From assembly GCA_963758635.1 (NCBI GenBank), contig CAVWWD010000003.1, positions 256,001 to 320,000 on the forward strand: a stretch of DNA of 64,000 nt, in the 5' to 3' direction. The first letter of the stretch is position 1. Every line of letters begins with the position of its first letter. The notes beneath the pieces are model-generated. The model saw only the letters and a program-made list of their open reading frames with translations. It did no database searches and had not been told where the DNA came from. This stretch comes from an uncultured Candidatus Rokubacteria bacterium (GTDB lineage Bacteria > Methylomirabilota > Methylomirabilia > Rokubacteriales > CSP1-6). Both the position numbers and the translations under genes were made by a program. This document shows, piece by piece, positions 43,862 to 54,097 of this stretch.

Positions 43862-46800
43862 ATGGACCGACCCCAGCCCGCGGCCGAGCCGGCGCCCCGC
43901 TTCGAGGTGTTCCCGCGCGCGGCCCTGGACCGGTCGATCCCCGAGCGCTTCGAGGAGATCGCGCGCCGTCACGCCCATCGACCCGCGGTCCGGTGCGGCG
44001 GCGAGGCGATCACCTACGGCGCTCTCGATCGCGCCGCCTCCCGCGCGGCGGCCGGGATCCGGGCGCGCGGCGACGTGGCCGGCGCGCCCATCGTGCTCCT
44101 CCTCGAGCGCGACATTCCCCAGGTGGTGGCGACGTTCGCCGTGCTCAAGGCCGGCCGGATCTACGTGCCGCTCGACGCCGCCTTCCCGGAGGATCGGCTG
44201 CGCGTCGCCGTCGCCGACGCACGCCCCGCCGCGCTGATCGTGGACGCCGCCACCGCCGGCCTCGCCGCCCGGGTGGCGCCGTCGTCCGTCCCCGTCCTGC
44301 GGCTCTCGGAGCTCGACGCGGAGCCCGTGGCCACGCCGCCTTCGGCCGCGCTGGCCTCGATCACGTACACCTCGGGCTCCACCGGCGCGCCCAAGGGCAT
44401 CGTGCAGAGCCATGAGAACCTCCTCCACGACGTCCTGGTCCGCGCCAACCATCTCCAGCTCCATCCCGCCGATCGCGTCGGCGGCCTGTCGTCGCTGGCG
44501 TTCAGCGCCGGCGCGAAGAGCGTGCTCCTCGCCCTCCTGAACGGCGCCACCTTCTGCATGTTCGATCCGCGCGCCGACGGGCTGCACACGCTGGCGCCCT
44601 GGCTCGCGCGCGAGGGCGTGACGATCCTCGACTCGGTGGCGAGCGCCTTCCGGCACTTCGCGGGCGCGCTGACGGGGAGCGAGCGGTTCCCCGCCCTCCG
44701 GATGATCTGGACCAGCTCCGAGCACGTCACCGCGCACAACGTCCGGCTCTACCAACGTCACTTCCCTCCCGAGACCGGGATGGTGATCAGGTACTCGGCG
44801 AGCGAGGCGGGGGTGATCTGCCAGCTCCGCGTCGACCGAGAGAGCCCGGTCGGGGACGACTTCAGCGACGTCGGCTACCCCGTGCCGGACAAGGAGCTCC
44901 TGCTCCTGGACGACGCCGGCCGCCCCGTCCCCGCGGGCGAGGTCGGCGAGATCGTCATCCGGAGCCGGTACCTCGCGGTGGGCTACTGGCGCCAGCCGGA
45001 GCTGACCGCGCGGGCGTTCGCGCCGGATCCCGCCGGCGGCCCCGCGCGCGTCTACCGCACTGGCGACCTCGGTCGCCTCCGGCCGGACGGCTGCCTCCAG
45101 CACCTCGGCCGCAAGGACTTCCAGGCGAAGGTCCGCGGCCAGCGCGTGGACCTGGGCGTGCTGGAGCAGGCACTCTTCGCGGCGCCCGGCGTCAAGGAAG
45201 CCGCGGTGGTGGTCCGCGAGGATCGGCCGGGCGACCAGCGGCTCGTGGCGTACGTGGTGCCGGCCGAGTCCCCCGGCCCCGGTGAGGCCGCGCTCAGGCA
45301 GGCGCTGGGCGCCCGCTTCCCCTACGGCCCGGTGCCCGCGGCGTACGTGAGCCTGGCCGCACTGCCGCGGACCCCCACGGGGAAGGTCGATCTGCGCGGG
45401 CTGCCCGCGCCCGGCGGGGACCGCGGGGGCGTCCGCGTGGAGGCCGCGCGCGACGCCACGGAGGCGCGGCTGATCGAGCTCTGGGAGGAGGTCCTCGACG
45501 TGAGGCCGATCGGCGCGCGCGACAACTTCTTTGCCCTGGGCGGCCACTCGCTGCTCGCGGCCCGGCTCCTCGCGGAGATCGCGGACCGTTTCGAGCGCCG
45601 GCTCCCGATGGCGACGATCTTCCGCGCCCCGACCATCGACCGTCTGGCTGCCGTGCTCCGCGGGGAGAGCCCGCCGGAGGGCGAGTCGTCGCTGGTGCCG
45701 ATCGCGCGGGGCGAGAGCGGCGCGCTCCCCATCTTCTGCGTGCACGAGCACACCGGCGAGCTGTTCTGTTACCTCGCGCTTGCCCGTCATCTCGGGCCCG
45801 ACCAGCCAGTGTGGGGGCTGGTGCCACGCGGGCTCGACGGCGGCGCGGCGCCGCTCCGCACGATGGAGGCGCTCGGCGCCGCGTACGTGGACGAGATCCG
45901 CCGCGTCCAGCCGCGCGGCCCCTACGCCCTCGTCGGCTATTGCTTCGGCGGGATCGTGGCCTTCGAGATGGCGCGCCAGCTTGCCGCCGCCGGCGACGGC
46001 GTCCGCCTGCTGGCGCTCCTGGAGCCGCCCCGGGAGGGCGGACGGGCGCCGGTGCGCCGCGCGCTCCGGCGGGCGCGCCGCCGCGTGGCGTTCGAGTGGT
46101 CCCGCCTCCGGGCCCGCTCCGGCGCGGCCCGCGTCGGCTACGCGCTGGGGCGCGCGGTGGTGCTCGCGCGCGACCAGGCGGATCGCGCGCGGCGGGCGGG
46201 GGCGGCGTGGCGGGTCGACAGGAGCGGGGAGACCCTTCTCGAGCGGGCGGTGCGCGAGGTGACAGCGGCCAACGGTGAGGCCCTCCGCCGCTATGCGCCG
46301 GGCGTGTATCCGGGACGCCTGACCCTCTTCCGCCCGCTCGAGCTGCCGGCGCGGTTCCACGGGGACCCTCACCTGGGGTGGGCGGGGCTCGCGGCGGGCG
46401 GGATCGCGATCGAGCAGATCCCGGGCCGCTACCGGGCGATCATCGAGGACGAACCGGCACGGCGCGTCGCGGAGCGGATCAGACTCCACCTGGCCGCCGA
46501 GGCCGACGAAGCCCGGCCGGGGCGCGGCCACGGTCGCCCCACGGTGACGGAGATGGAGCAGGCCCTCGACGACGTGACGGTGCTCGACCTCGGCCAGGTC
46601 ATCGCCATGCCGTTCTGCACGATGCTCCTCGCCGACCTCGGCGCGCGCGTGATCAAGGTCGAGTCGCGCGAGCGCGGCCGGGAGCGGATGTCGCTCGGGG
46701 TCAAGCGCGTGCGCGACGGCGTGGAGGAGCGCGTGCCCGCGGCCCAGTACCGCGAGCGGAACAAGCTGGCCGTCACCCTCGAGCTGAAGACGCCGAAGGG

Positions 46801-47758
46801 CGCCGAGCTCTTCCGCGAGCTCGTGAAGCGCGCCAACGTCGTGACCGAGAACTTCAGCGTGGGCACGATGGAGCGGCTGGGCCTCGGCTACGAGGACCTC
46901 CGCACGGTGAACCCGGCGATCGTCTACGCCTCGATCACCGCGTTCGGCCAGCACGGGCCGTACGCGCGCCAGCGCGGCTACGATATCCTCGCCCAGGCCA
47001 TCAGCGGCTACATGAGCATCACCGGCTTCCCCGACCAGCCGCCGATGCGCTCGGGCCAGTCGATCTCCGACTACTACGCGGGCATGCTCTGCGCGTTCAG
47101 CGTGGTCTCCGCGCTCCACTACCGGCGGCGCACGGGCAAGGGGCAGCGGATCGACCTCGCGCTGCTGGACAGCCTCGTGGTCGCGCTCGACAACCTGGGC
47201 GAGCGTTACACCGTGGGCGGCGAGGTCCTCACGCGCGCCGGCAACGTCTCGTTCAGCGGCTCGAGCTCGGGCGTGTACCCGACCACGGACGGCCACGTCG
47301 CCATCGCGGCAGGGGCGAGCACCGCGGTGTGGGGACGGTTCTGCGAGGTGATCGGCCGGGCCGACCTCGTCCGCGACGTGCGCTACGCGACGACGGCGGC
47401 CCGCCGCGACCGCCGCGACGAGATCGCCGCCATCATCGCGGGCTGGACGGGGGCGCGGCCCAAGGCCGAGGTCGTGCGCCTGCTCGCCGGGGCCGGCGTG
47501 CCCGCCGCGCCCGTCAACGACGTGGCCGAGATGGTGGCCGATCCGCAGGTGCAGGCGCGCGAGATGTTCGTGGAGGTCGATCATCCCGTGTACGGCCCGG
47601 TGAAGGCCACGGGCACCCCGCTCAAGCTGTCGGAGACGCCCGGCCGCGTGCGCTGGCTGGCGCCGGCGCCGGGCGAGCACAACGAGGAGATCTTCGTGGG
47701 CCTGCTCGGCCACTCGCGCGAGGACCTGGCGCGCTGGCGCGAGGAGGGCGTCGTCTGA
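43862..47758 (+). CDS. NRPS-like A-T-TE protein in frame with a CaiB/BaiF family III CoA-transferase (possibly two genes split at ATG 46553)
   Basis: A domain: YTSGSTGAPKG, YRTGDLG, PRTPTGK. T domain: FFALGGHSL. TE: GYCFGG. CoA-transferase: VLDLGQ, DLGARVIKVE, ENF, GYD, SISDY. No in-frame stop between them. Confidence 0.8.
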   Translation: MDRPQPAAEPAPRFEVFPRAALDRSIPERFEEIARRHAHRPAVRCGGEAITYGALDRAASRAAAGIRARGDVAGAPIVLLLERDIPQVVATFAVLKAGRIYVPLDAAFPEDRLRVAVADARPAALIVDAATAGLAARVAPSSVPVLRLSELDAEPVATPPSAALASITYTSGSTGAPKGIVQSHENLLHDVLVRANHLQLHPADRVGGLSSLAFSAGAKSVLLALLNGATFCMFDPRADGLHTLAPWLAREGVTILDSVASAFRHFAGALTGSERFPALRMIWTSSEHVTAHNVRLYQRHFPPETGMVIRYSASEAGVICQLRVDRESPVGDDFSDVGYPVPDKELLLLDDAGRPVPAGEVGEIVIRSRYLAVGYWRQPELTARAFAPDPAGGPARVYRTGDLGRLRPDGCLQHLGRKDFQAKVRGQRVDLGVLEQALFAAPGVKEAAVVVREDRPGDQRLVAYVVPAESPGPGEAALRQALGARFPYGPVPAAYVSLAALPRTPTGKVDLRGLPAPGGDRGGVRVEAARDATEARLIELWEEVLDVRPIGARDNFFALGGHSLLAARLLAEIADRFERRLPMATIFRAPTIDRLAAVLRGESPPEGESSLVPIARGESGALPIFCVHEHTGELFCYLALARHLGPDQPVWGLVPRGLDGGAAPLRTMEALGAAYVDEIRRVQPRGPYALVGYCFGGIVAFEMARQLAAAGDGVRLLALLEPPREGGRAPVRRALRRARRRVAFEWSRLRARSGAARVGYALGRAVVLARDQADRARRAGAAWRVDRSGETLLERAVREVTAANGEALRRYAPGVYPGRLTLFRPLELPARFHGDPHLGWAGLAAGGIAIEQIPGRYRAIIEDEPARRVAERIRLHLAAEADEARPGRGHGRPTVTEMEQALDDVTVLDLGQVIAMPFCTMLLADLGARVIKVESRERGRERMSLGVKRVRDGVEERVPAAQYRERNKLAVTLELKTPKGAELFRELVKRANVVTENFSVGTMERLGLGYEDLRTVNPAIVYASITAFGQHGPYARQRGYDILAQAISGYMSITGFPDQPPMRSGQSISDYYAGMLCAFSVVSALHYRRRTGKGQRIDLALLDSLVVALDNLGERYTVGGEVLTRAGNVSFSGSSSGVYPTTDGHVAIAAGASTAVWGRFCEVIGRADLVRDVRYATTAARRDRRDEIAAIIAGWTGARPKAEVVRLLAGAGVPAAPVNDVAEMVADPQVQAREMFVEVDHPVYGPVKATGTPLKLSETPGRVRWLAPAPGEHNEEIFVGLLGHSREDLARWREEGVV

Positions 47759-47786
47759 TGACGCGCCCGCAGGGCGCCTCCACATG

Positions 47787-47825
47787 TCCCTCTCCCCCCT
47801 GGGGAGAGGGCAGGGTGAGGGGCGG
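47787..47825 (+). repeat. Family B partial repeat
   Basis: CCCTCTCCCCCCTGGGGAGAGGGCAGGGTGAGGGG. Confidence 0.75.
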
Positions 47826-47862
47826 TCGCACGACCACGCGGCCCGCCGGGAACGGAGAGACC

Positions 47863-48735
47863 ATGAGCGACCCGCTGAGCGCGATCCTCGCGACCACGAC
47901 GGCCGAGCGGCTGGCCACGGGGTTCGTCTTCACCGAGGGCCCGCTCTGGCACCCGGACGGCTTCTACTACTTCGTCGACGTGCGGGCGAGCATGCTGTAC
48001 CGGCTGACGCCGGGCGCGGCGCCCGAGGTCGTGCGCGAGCGGACGGGCGGCGGGAACGGCACCACGTTCGACCTGGACGGACGCCTCGTGCTGTGCGAGG
48101 GCGACAACCGCCGCGTCACCCGCGCCTCGGCGGACGGGCGCATCGAGGTGCTCGCGGACCGGTTCGAGGGCAAGCGCCTCAACCGGCCCAACGACGTGGT
48201 CTGCCGCTCCGACGGGAGCATCTACTTCACCGACCCCGGCCTGCGCGTGCCGCTCGCCGAGCGCGAGGTGCCCCACGCCGGCGTGTACCGCATCGCGCCC
48301 GACTCCGCCATGAGCCTCGTGGCCGATTGCGAGTACCCGAACGGGCTGGCCTTCTCGCCCGACGAGCGCGTGCTCTACGTGGCCAACACCCGCTGGGCGC
48401 AATACATCCACGCGCTCGAGCTGGACGGAGCAGGCCGGCTGCTCCGGCGGCGCATCTTCGCCGACATGTCCTCCGACGAGACCGAGGGCGTGCCCGACGG
48501 GATGAAGGTGGACGTGGAAGGCCGCGTGTACTGCACGGGGCCGGGCGGCACGTGGGTCTTCGCCCCCGACGGGGCCCGTCTCGGCGTCATCCGCACGCCC
48601 GAGGTGCCCGCCAACCTGGCGTTCGGCGGCCCCGACCTCCGCACGCTCTTCTTCACCGCGCGCACGTCGGTCTACACGCTCCGAGTCCAGGTCCCGGGCC
48701 TTCCGCACCCCTGGCACCGGCCCCGGTCGAGCTGA
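47863..48735 (+). CDS. SMP-30/gluconolactonase/LRE family protein
   Basis: FTEGPLW, NRPND, PNGLAFSPD and PDGMKVD motifs. Confidence 0.92.
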   Translation: MSDPLSAILATTTAERLATGFVFTEGPLWHPDGFYYFVDVRASMLYRLTPGAAPEVVRERTGGGNGTTFDLDGRLVLCEGDNRRVTRASADGRIEVLADRFEGKRLNRPNDVVCRSDGSIYFTDPGLRVPLAEREVPHAGVYRIAPDSAMSLVADCEYPNGLAFSPDERVLYVANTRWAQYIHALELDGAGRLLRRRIFADMSSDETEGVPDGMKVDVEGRVYCTGPGGTWVFAPDGARLGVIRTPEVPANLAFGGPDLRTLFFTARTSVYTLRVQVPGLPHPWHRPRSS

Positions 48736-48762
48736 CCGAGCGCGCACTCCGGGAGGATCGCC

Positions 48763-50553
48763 ATGACGACGCCTCACGACCCCGCGCGACCGATCTCGGC
48801 CGAGACGCCGCTGCCGTCGCCCGGCGACGGCCCGAAGTTCGGCAGCGACGCCGTGGCGCGCATGCTCCGCGCGCTCGACCTCCCGTACCTGGCGCTCGTG
48901 CCGGGGGCGAGCTTCCGCGGGCTGCACGACAGCCTGGTCAACGAGCTCGGCAACGAGCGGCCCCAGATGCTCACGTGCATCCATGAGGAGAGCGCGATCG
49001 CCATTGCGCACGGCTACGCCAAGGCGAGCGGGCGCATGATGGGCGCGGTCGTGCACTCGAACGTGGGGCTGCTCCACGCGAGCATGGCCATCTTCAACGC
49101 GTGGTGCGACCGGGTGCCCATGCTGATCCTGGGAGCCACCGGGCCGTGGGACGCGGCGAAGCGGCGGCCCTGGATCGACTGGATCCACACGGTCTCCGAC
49201 CAGGGCGCGCTGATCCGGAGCTTCACCAAGTGGGACAACCAGCCCGGCTCGGTCGCCGCGGCCTACGACGCGCTGCTGCGGGCGGCGCAGATGGCGCGGA
49301 CGGCGCCGCACGCGCCCGTCTACGTGAACCTGGACGCCGCGCTCCAGGAGGAGCGGCTCGACGCGCTGCCGCCCATCCCCGACGCCTCCCGATTCGCGGC
49401 GCCCGAGCCGCCCCGGGCATCCGCCGACGCCATCCGGCGAGCCGCCGATCTCCTCGGCGCCGCCGCCGCCCCCGTGATCCTCGTCGGGCGCGTGGGGCGG
49501 TCCGAGGCGGGCTGGCGCGAGCGGGTGACCCTCGCCGAGAAGCTGGGCGCGCGCGTGATCACGGACGCCAAGACCGCGGCGTCCTTCCCGACCCGGCATC
49601 CGCTCCACGTCGGCCCGCCGGCGAACGTCCTCTCCGAGCCGGCGCTCCGCGCGCTGCGCGAGGCCGACGTCGTTCTCGCCCTGGACTGGATCGACCTTGC
49701 CGGGACCCTCGCCCAGGCCGCGGTCGACGGTCCGGCGCCGAGAGTCATCTCGGCCTCCTCGGACGTGCACCTGCATCGCGGCGCGGGCATGGAGTACTTC
49801 GGCCTCCCGCCGGTCGACGTGTACCTGCTGGCCGCGCCCGACGTGGTGGTGCCCGCGCTGCTCGAGGCGTGTCCGCAACGGGCAGGCGTGCCCGCGGCGG
49901 CCACGCCCGCGCCCAGCCCGGCCGTTCACGAGGCCATGAGCCTGCGGGCCGTCGCCGACGCGTTCAACGACGCCGCCGACGGCCTCGACGTCTGCGTCAC
50001 GCGCCTGCCTCTCGGCTGGCGGAGCGGGGCGCGCGACTTCGCGCATCCGCTCGACTACCTGGGCGGCGACGGGGGCGCCGGGGTGGGCTCGGGCCCCGGC
50101 ATCGCGGTCGGCGCCGCGCTGGCGCTCCGAGGGTCCGGCCGGCTACCCGTCGCGTTTCTGGGCGACGGGGACTACCTGATGGGCGTGACCGCGCTCTGGA
50201 CGGCCACCCACTACGGGATCCCGTGCCTCGTGATCGTCTGCAACAACCGGTCCTTCTACAACGACGAGGCGCACCAGGAGCGCGTGGCCCGGATGCGCGG
50301 GCGGCCCGTCGAGAACAAGTGGATCGGGCAGCGGATCGGGGACCCCGACATCGACCTCGCCCGCATGGCCACGGCGCAGGGGGCCCGGGGCATCGGACCC
50401 GTCACGCGGCCCGATGCCCTGTCCGCGGCGATCAAGGACGGGCTCCGCGCGGTGATGGACGGGGAGGTCTGCGTGATCGACGCGCGCGTGCCGCCGGGGT
50501 ACGAGGCCGACGTGAGCGGCGAGCGGCGCCCGGAGCGGCCCGACCGCGCCTGA
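48763..50553 (+). CDS. Thiamine pyrophosphate-dependent enzyme (acetolactate synthase/benzoylformate decarboxylase-like)
   Basis: HEESAIAIAHGYAK and the GDGD...NN ThDP motif. Confidence 0.9.
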   Translation: MTTPHDPARPISAETPLPSPGDGPKFGSDAVARMLRALDLPYLALVPGASFRGLHDSLVNELGNERPQMLTCIHEESAIAIAHGYAKASGRMMGAVVHSNVGLLHASMAIFNAWCDRVPMLILGATGPWDAAKRRPWIDWIHTVSDQGALIRSFTKWDNQPGSVAAAYDALLRAAQMARTAPHAPVYVNLDAALQEERLDALPPIPDASRFAAPEPPRASADAIRRAADLLGAAAAPVILVGRVGRSEAGWRERVTLAEKLGARVITDAKTAASFPTRHPLHVGPPANVLSEPALRALREADVVLALDWIDLAGTLAQAAVDGPAPRVISASSDVHLHRGAGMEYFGLPPVDVYLLAAPDVVVPALLEACPQRAGVPAAATPAPSPAVHEAMSLRAVADAFNDAADGLDVCVTRLPLGWRSGARDFAHPLDYLGGDGGAGVGSGPGIAVGAALALRGSGRLPVAFLGDGDYLMGVTALWTATHYGIPCLVIVCNNRSFYNDEAHQERVARMRGRPVENKWIGQRIGDPDIDLARMATAQGARGIGPVTRPDALSAAIKDGLRAVMDGEVCVIDARVPPGYEADVSGERRPERPDRA

Positions 50554-50598
50554 CCCCGCGCTCGCAGCCCGCCCCGGACATGGGGGCGCGCGCTTTCG

Positions 50599-50607
50599 TG
50601 CTATAGT
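50599..50607 (+). promoter_or_regulatory. Extended -10 promoter element upstream of ugpB
   Basis: TGcTATAGT. Confidence 0.45.
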
Positions 50608-50682
50608 CTGGCCGCCCAAACGGGCGGTCACCCGATCGTCATCCGCATGAAACGCACGTCACCGAGCCCCGCGCATCAGACC

Positions 50683-50745
50683 AATGCCGAGCGGTGGGAC
50701 TGTAGAGGCCCGTGGCCGCTCCCGCATTCTGCGGGGGTCACTAGC
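50683..50745. repeat. Family D 63-nt hairpin repeat, copy 2
   Basis: Homologous to 22336-22398. Confidence 0.8.
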
Positions 50746-50790
50746 GTGGCGCGGAGCCGCATCATCCCCCTTCGGAACGGAGGTTTCACC

Positions 50791-52124
50791 ATGCGTCGAG
50801 CATCGTCGCCGTCGCACCGCGTCCTCGTCGCGCTCGTCGTCCTCGGCGCGGCGCTCCTCGTGGCCGGCCCCGCCGCCGCCCAGAAGACGGAGATCCACTT
50901 CTGGCACGCGATGGGCGGGCAGCTCGGGGAGACGGTGAACGAGCTGGTCCGGCAGTTCAACGCCAGCCAGCAGTCGTACGAGGTCAAGGCGCTGAACAAG
51001 GGCACGTATCCCGAGGTGCTCACCTCGGCCATCGCCGCGTACCGCCAGAAGAACCCGCCCCACCTCGTGCAGTTCTTCGACGTCGGGACGCAGACGATGC
51101 TGATGTCGGGGGCGATCTACCCCGTCTACCAGCTCATGAAGGAGCAGGAGGTCCCGATCAACTGGGGCGACTTCATCAAGCCGGTCTCGGCGTACTACTC
51201 GAAGGACGGGAACCTCTACTCGATGCCGTTCAACTCGTCGAGCCCGATCCTCTACTACAACAAGGAGATGTTCAAGAAGGCCGGGCTCGACCCGGCCAAG
51301 CCGCCGGCGACGTGGAAGGACGTCGGGCGAGCTACTCGAAGAAGATCCTCGCCGCCGGCGCGGCCAAGTGCGGCTTCACCACGTCGTGGCCGTCGTGGAC
51401 GATGCTCGAGAACACGTTCCCCTGGCACGACCAGCCCTTCGCCACCAACGGAAACGGCTATTCGGGGCTCGACACCAAGCTCCTCATCAACGGCGAGTTC
51501 GGGGTCAAGCACATCGGCCAGCTCGCGGCCTGGCAGAAGGACAACGTGTACTCCTACGGCGGCCGCATGGGCCAGCCCGATCCCAAGTTCATCAACGGCG
51601 ACTGCGCCATGCTGATCCAGTCCTCCGCGGTCATCGGCGGGTTCAAGAAGTCGGTGAAGTTCGAGTGGGGGACGGGCCAGCTCCCGCACTGGGGCGCGCC
51701 GTACAAGAAGCAGAACGCCATCGTGGGCGGCGGCACGCTCTGGGTGATGAAGGGGCAGAAGGCCGCCGACTACAAGGGCGTCGGCCAGTTCCTGAAGTTC
51801 GTCTCCGATCCCCACCAGCAGATGTGGTGGAGCGTCACCACCGGCTACGTGCCGATCACGCAGACCGCCATCAAGAACCTCGAGGCCGGCTACCACTTCA
51901 AGAAGAACCCCGAGCAGTGGACGGCCCTGTCCCAGCTGAGCGGCACGCCCACCGCCAACAGCCGCGGGCATCGCCTCGGCAACATGGCGCAGATCCGCGA
52001 CGCGATCGAGCCGGAGCTCGAGCAGGTGTTCGCGGGCAAGAAGTCGGCCAAGGAAGGCCTGGACGCCGCGGTGGCCAAGGGCAACGAGATCCTGAAAGAG
52101 TTCGCGGCCGCCAACAAGCCGTAG
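50791..52124 (+). CDS. ugpB: sn-glycerol-3-phosphate ABC transporter substrate-binding protein (frameshift near 51328)
   Basis: FWHAMGGQLGE, SMPFNSSSPILYYNK and TGYVPIT motifs; signal peptide. Confidence 0.88.
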
Positions 52125-52137
52125 GAACAGCCACGCA

Positions 52138-52288
52138 CCCTCCGAAGCCCTCTCCCCGCGAGGGGAGAGGGTTGGGTGAGGGGGGACATGGTCAGGCAGT
52201 GGAAACAACCGCCACCCCTCCGAAGCCCTCTCCCCGCGAGGGGAGAGGGTTGGGTGAGGGGGGAGATGATCAGGCAGTGGAAACAACC
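52138..52288 (+). repeat. Family B repeat, two tandem 78-nt units
   Basis: CCCTCCGAAGCCCTCTCCCCGCGAGGGGAGAGGGTTGGGTGAGGGGGGA.ATG.TCAGGCAGTGGAAACAACC twice. Confidence 0.9.
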
Positions 52289-52322
52289 GGAACCTAACCG
52301 TGAACCTCCGAACGGCAGACGC

Positions 52323-53204
52323 ATGAAGCGGAGCGTCTTTCCGAACCGGGTGCTCCCCTACCTGCTCGTGCTGCCCCAGATCGCGGTGACCGTCGTCTTC
52401 TTCTTCTGGCCGGCGTGGGAGTCGCTCCGCCTGTCCGTCTACCGGACCTCGGCGTTCGGCGACAAGGTCACGTTCGTCGGCTTCGACAACTTCGCCCGGC
52501 TTCTCGCCTCCGCCGACTACTACCAGTCGGTGGTCAACAGCTTCGTCTTCGCGTTCGGCGTCACCGCCATCGGGGTGGGGGCGGGGCTGTTCGTGGCCGC
52601 CCTCGCCACCCAGAAGATCCGCGGCCTCGCCGGCTACCGGGCCGCGGTGCTGTGGCCCTACGGCATCGCCGCGCCCATCGCCGGCATCATCTTCCTGTTC
52701 ATGTTCCACCCCTCCTACGGCGTGCTGCCCTACTGGCTGTCCTTCGTCGTCGCCTACGAGTTCAACTGGCTCCTCAAGGGCTGGATCGCCATGCTCCTCG
52801 TGATCGTGGCCACCGCGTGGACCCACGTGGGCTACAACATCGCGTTCTTCATCGCCGGCCTCCTCGCCATTCCCGCCTCGGTGCTGGAGGCGGCGAGCGT
52901 GGACGGGGCGGGGCCGATCACGCGCTTCCGCGCCATCGTGTTCCCGCTGCTGTCGCCGATCACGTTCTACCTCGTGGTCGTCAACCTGATCTTCTCGTTC
53001 TTCGGCTCGTTCGGCATGATCCACGCCGTGACGCAGGGCGGACCGGGCAACGCCACCGAGATCATGGTGTTCAAGGTCTACAAGGACGGCTTCATCGGGC
53101 TGAACATGGGCTCGTCGGCCGCCCAGTCCGTGGTGCTGATGCTGGTGGTGATCGGGCTCACCGCGCTGCAGTTCAGGTTCCTCGAGAAGAAGGTCACGTA
53201 TTGA
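52323..53204 (+). CDS. ugpA: sn-glycerol-3-phosphate ABC permease
   Basis: LPYLLVLPQ, EAASVDGA loop, TQGGPG and SAAQSV motifs. Confidence 0.88.
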   Translation: MKRSVFPNRVLPYLLVLPQIAVTVVFFFWPAWESLRLSVYRTSAFGDKVTFVGFDNFARLLASADYYQSVVNSFVFAFGVTAIGVGAGLFVAALATQKIRGLAGYRAAVLWPYGIAAPIAGIIFLFMFHPSYGVLPYWLSFVVAYEFNWLLKGWIAMLLVIVATAWTHVGYNIAFFIAGLLAIPASVLEAASVDGAGPITRFRAIVFPLLSPITFYLVVVNLIFSFFGSFGMIHAVTQGGPGNATEIMVFKVYKDGFIGLNMGSSAAQSVVLMLVVIGLTALQFRFLEKKVTY

Positions 53205-54097
53205 GCCCCGACGGCGCCGTCGCCGCCCCCGCCCGCGTCGCCACCCTCCCCGTGGCCGCGGAGCGGCGCCGCCGGCCGCTGGACTGGGGCTCGATCGTCG
53301 TGCACGCCCTCCTCATCGCGTGCGTCGCCGTCATCGCGTTCCCGCTCTACTACGCCTTCGTCATCTCCACCCAGACGGTGGACCAGGTCATCGCCCGGCC
53401 GCCGCTGCTCCGGCCGTCCGACCACGCGCTCGACAACTACGTCGACGCGTGGACGCGCGCCAAGATGGGCCGCCTGCTCGTCAACAGCGCGATCGTGGCC
53501 GTGGTGTCCGCGGTGGGCAAGATCGTCATCTCCATGCTCTCCGCCTTCGCCATCGTGTACTTCGACTTCCGCGGCAAGGCGGTGGCGTTCTGGATGATCT
53601 TCGTGACCCTGATGCTGCCGGTGGAGGTCCGCATCATGTCCACCTACGAGGTGATCGGCAACCTCGGGTGGCTGAACAGCTACGCCGGCCTCACCGTGCC
53701 CCTCATGGCCTCGGCCACCGCGACGTTCCTGTTCCGCCAGTTCTACCTCACGATCCCCAACGAGATGGTCGAGGCGGCCCAGCTCGACGGGGCGGGGCCG
53801 ATGCGCTTCCTGTGGTCGTTCCTGGTGCCGCTGTCGTGGGCGAACATGGCCGCCCTCTTCGTGGTGCTGTTCATCTTCGGCTGGAACCAGTACCTGTGGC
53901 CGCTCATGATCACCAACACCGAGGCCATGCGGGTGGTCGTGATCGGGCTCCAGGACCTGATCCCGCGCACGGGCACCCACGTCCCCGAGTGGAACGTGAT
54001 GATGGCGGCGGCCATGATGGCGCTGCTGCCGCCGGTGGCGGTGATCGTGTTCATGCAGCGCTGGTTCGTGAAGGGCCTGGTGGAGACCGAGAAGTGA
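53201..54097 (+). CDS. ugpE: sn-glycerol-3-phosphate ABC permease
   Basis: TLMLPVEVRI, ASATATFLFRQF, WNQYLWP and MQRWFVKGLVETEK motifs. Confidence 0.92.
   Translation: MSPDGAVAAPARVATLPVAAERRRRPLDWGSIVVHALLIACVAVIAFPLYYAFVISTQTVDQVIARPPLLRPSDHALDNYVDAWTRAKMGRLLVNSAIVAVVSAVGKIVISMLSAFAIVYFDFRGKAVAFWMIFVTLMLPVEVRIMSTYEVIGNLGWLNSYAGLTVPLMASATATFLFRQFYLTIPNEMVEAAQLDGAGPMRFLWSFLVPLSWANMAALFVVLFIFGWNQYLWPLMITNTEAMRVVVIGLQDLIPRTGTHVPEWNVMMAAAMMALLPPVAVIVFMQRWFVKGLVETEK

Noticed and set aside
43757..47785. Very long antisense or alternate-frame ORFs (e.g. 43757-47785, 10702-13614, 55914-58640, 29226-32282)
   Set aside because: Shadow frames of real genes in high-GC DNA, with no recognisable motifs apart from segments already annotated.
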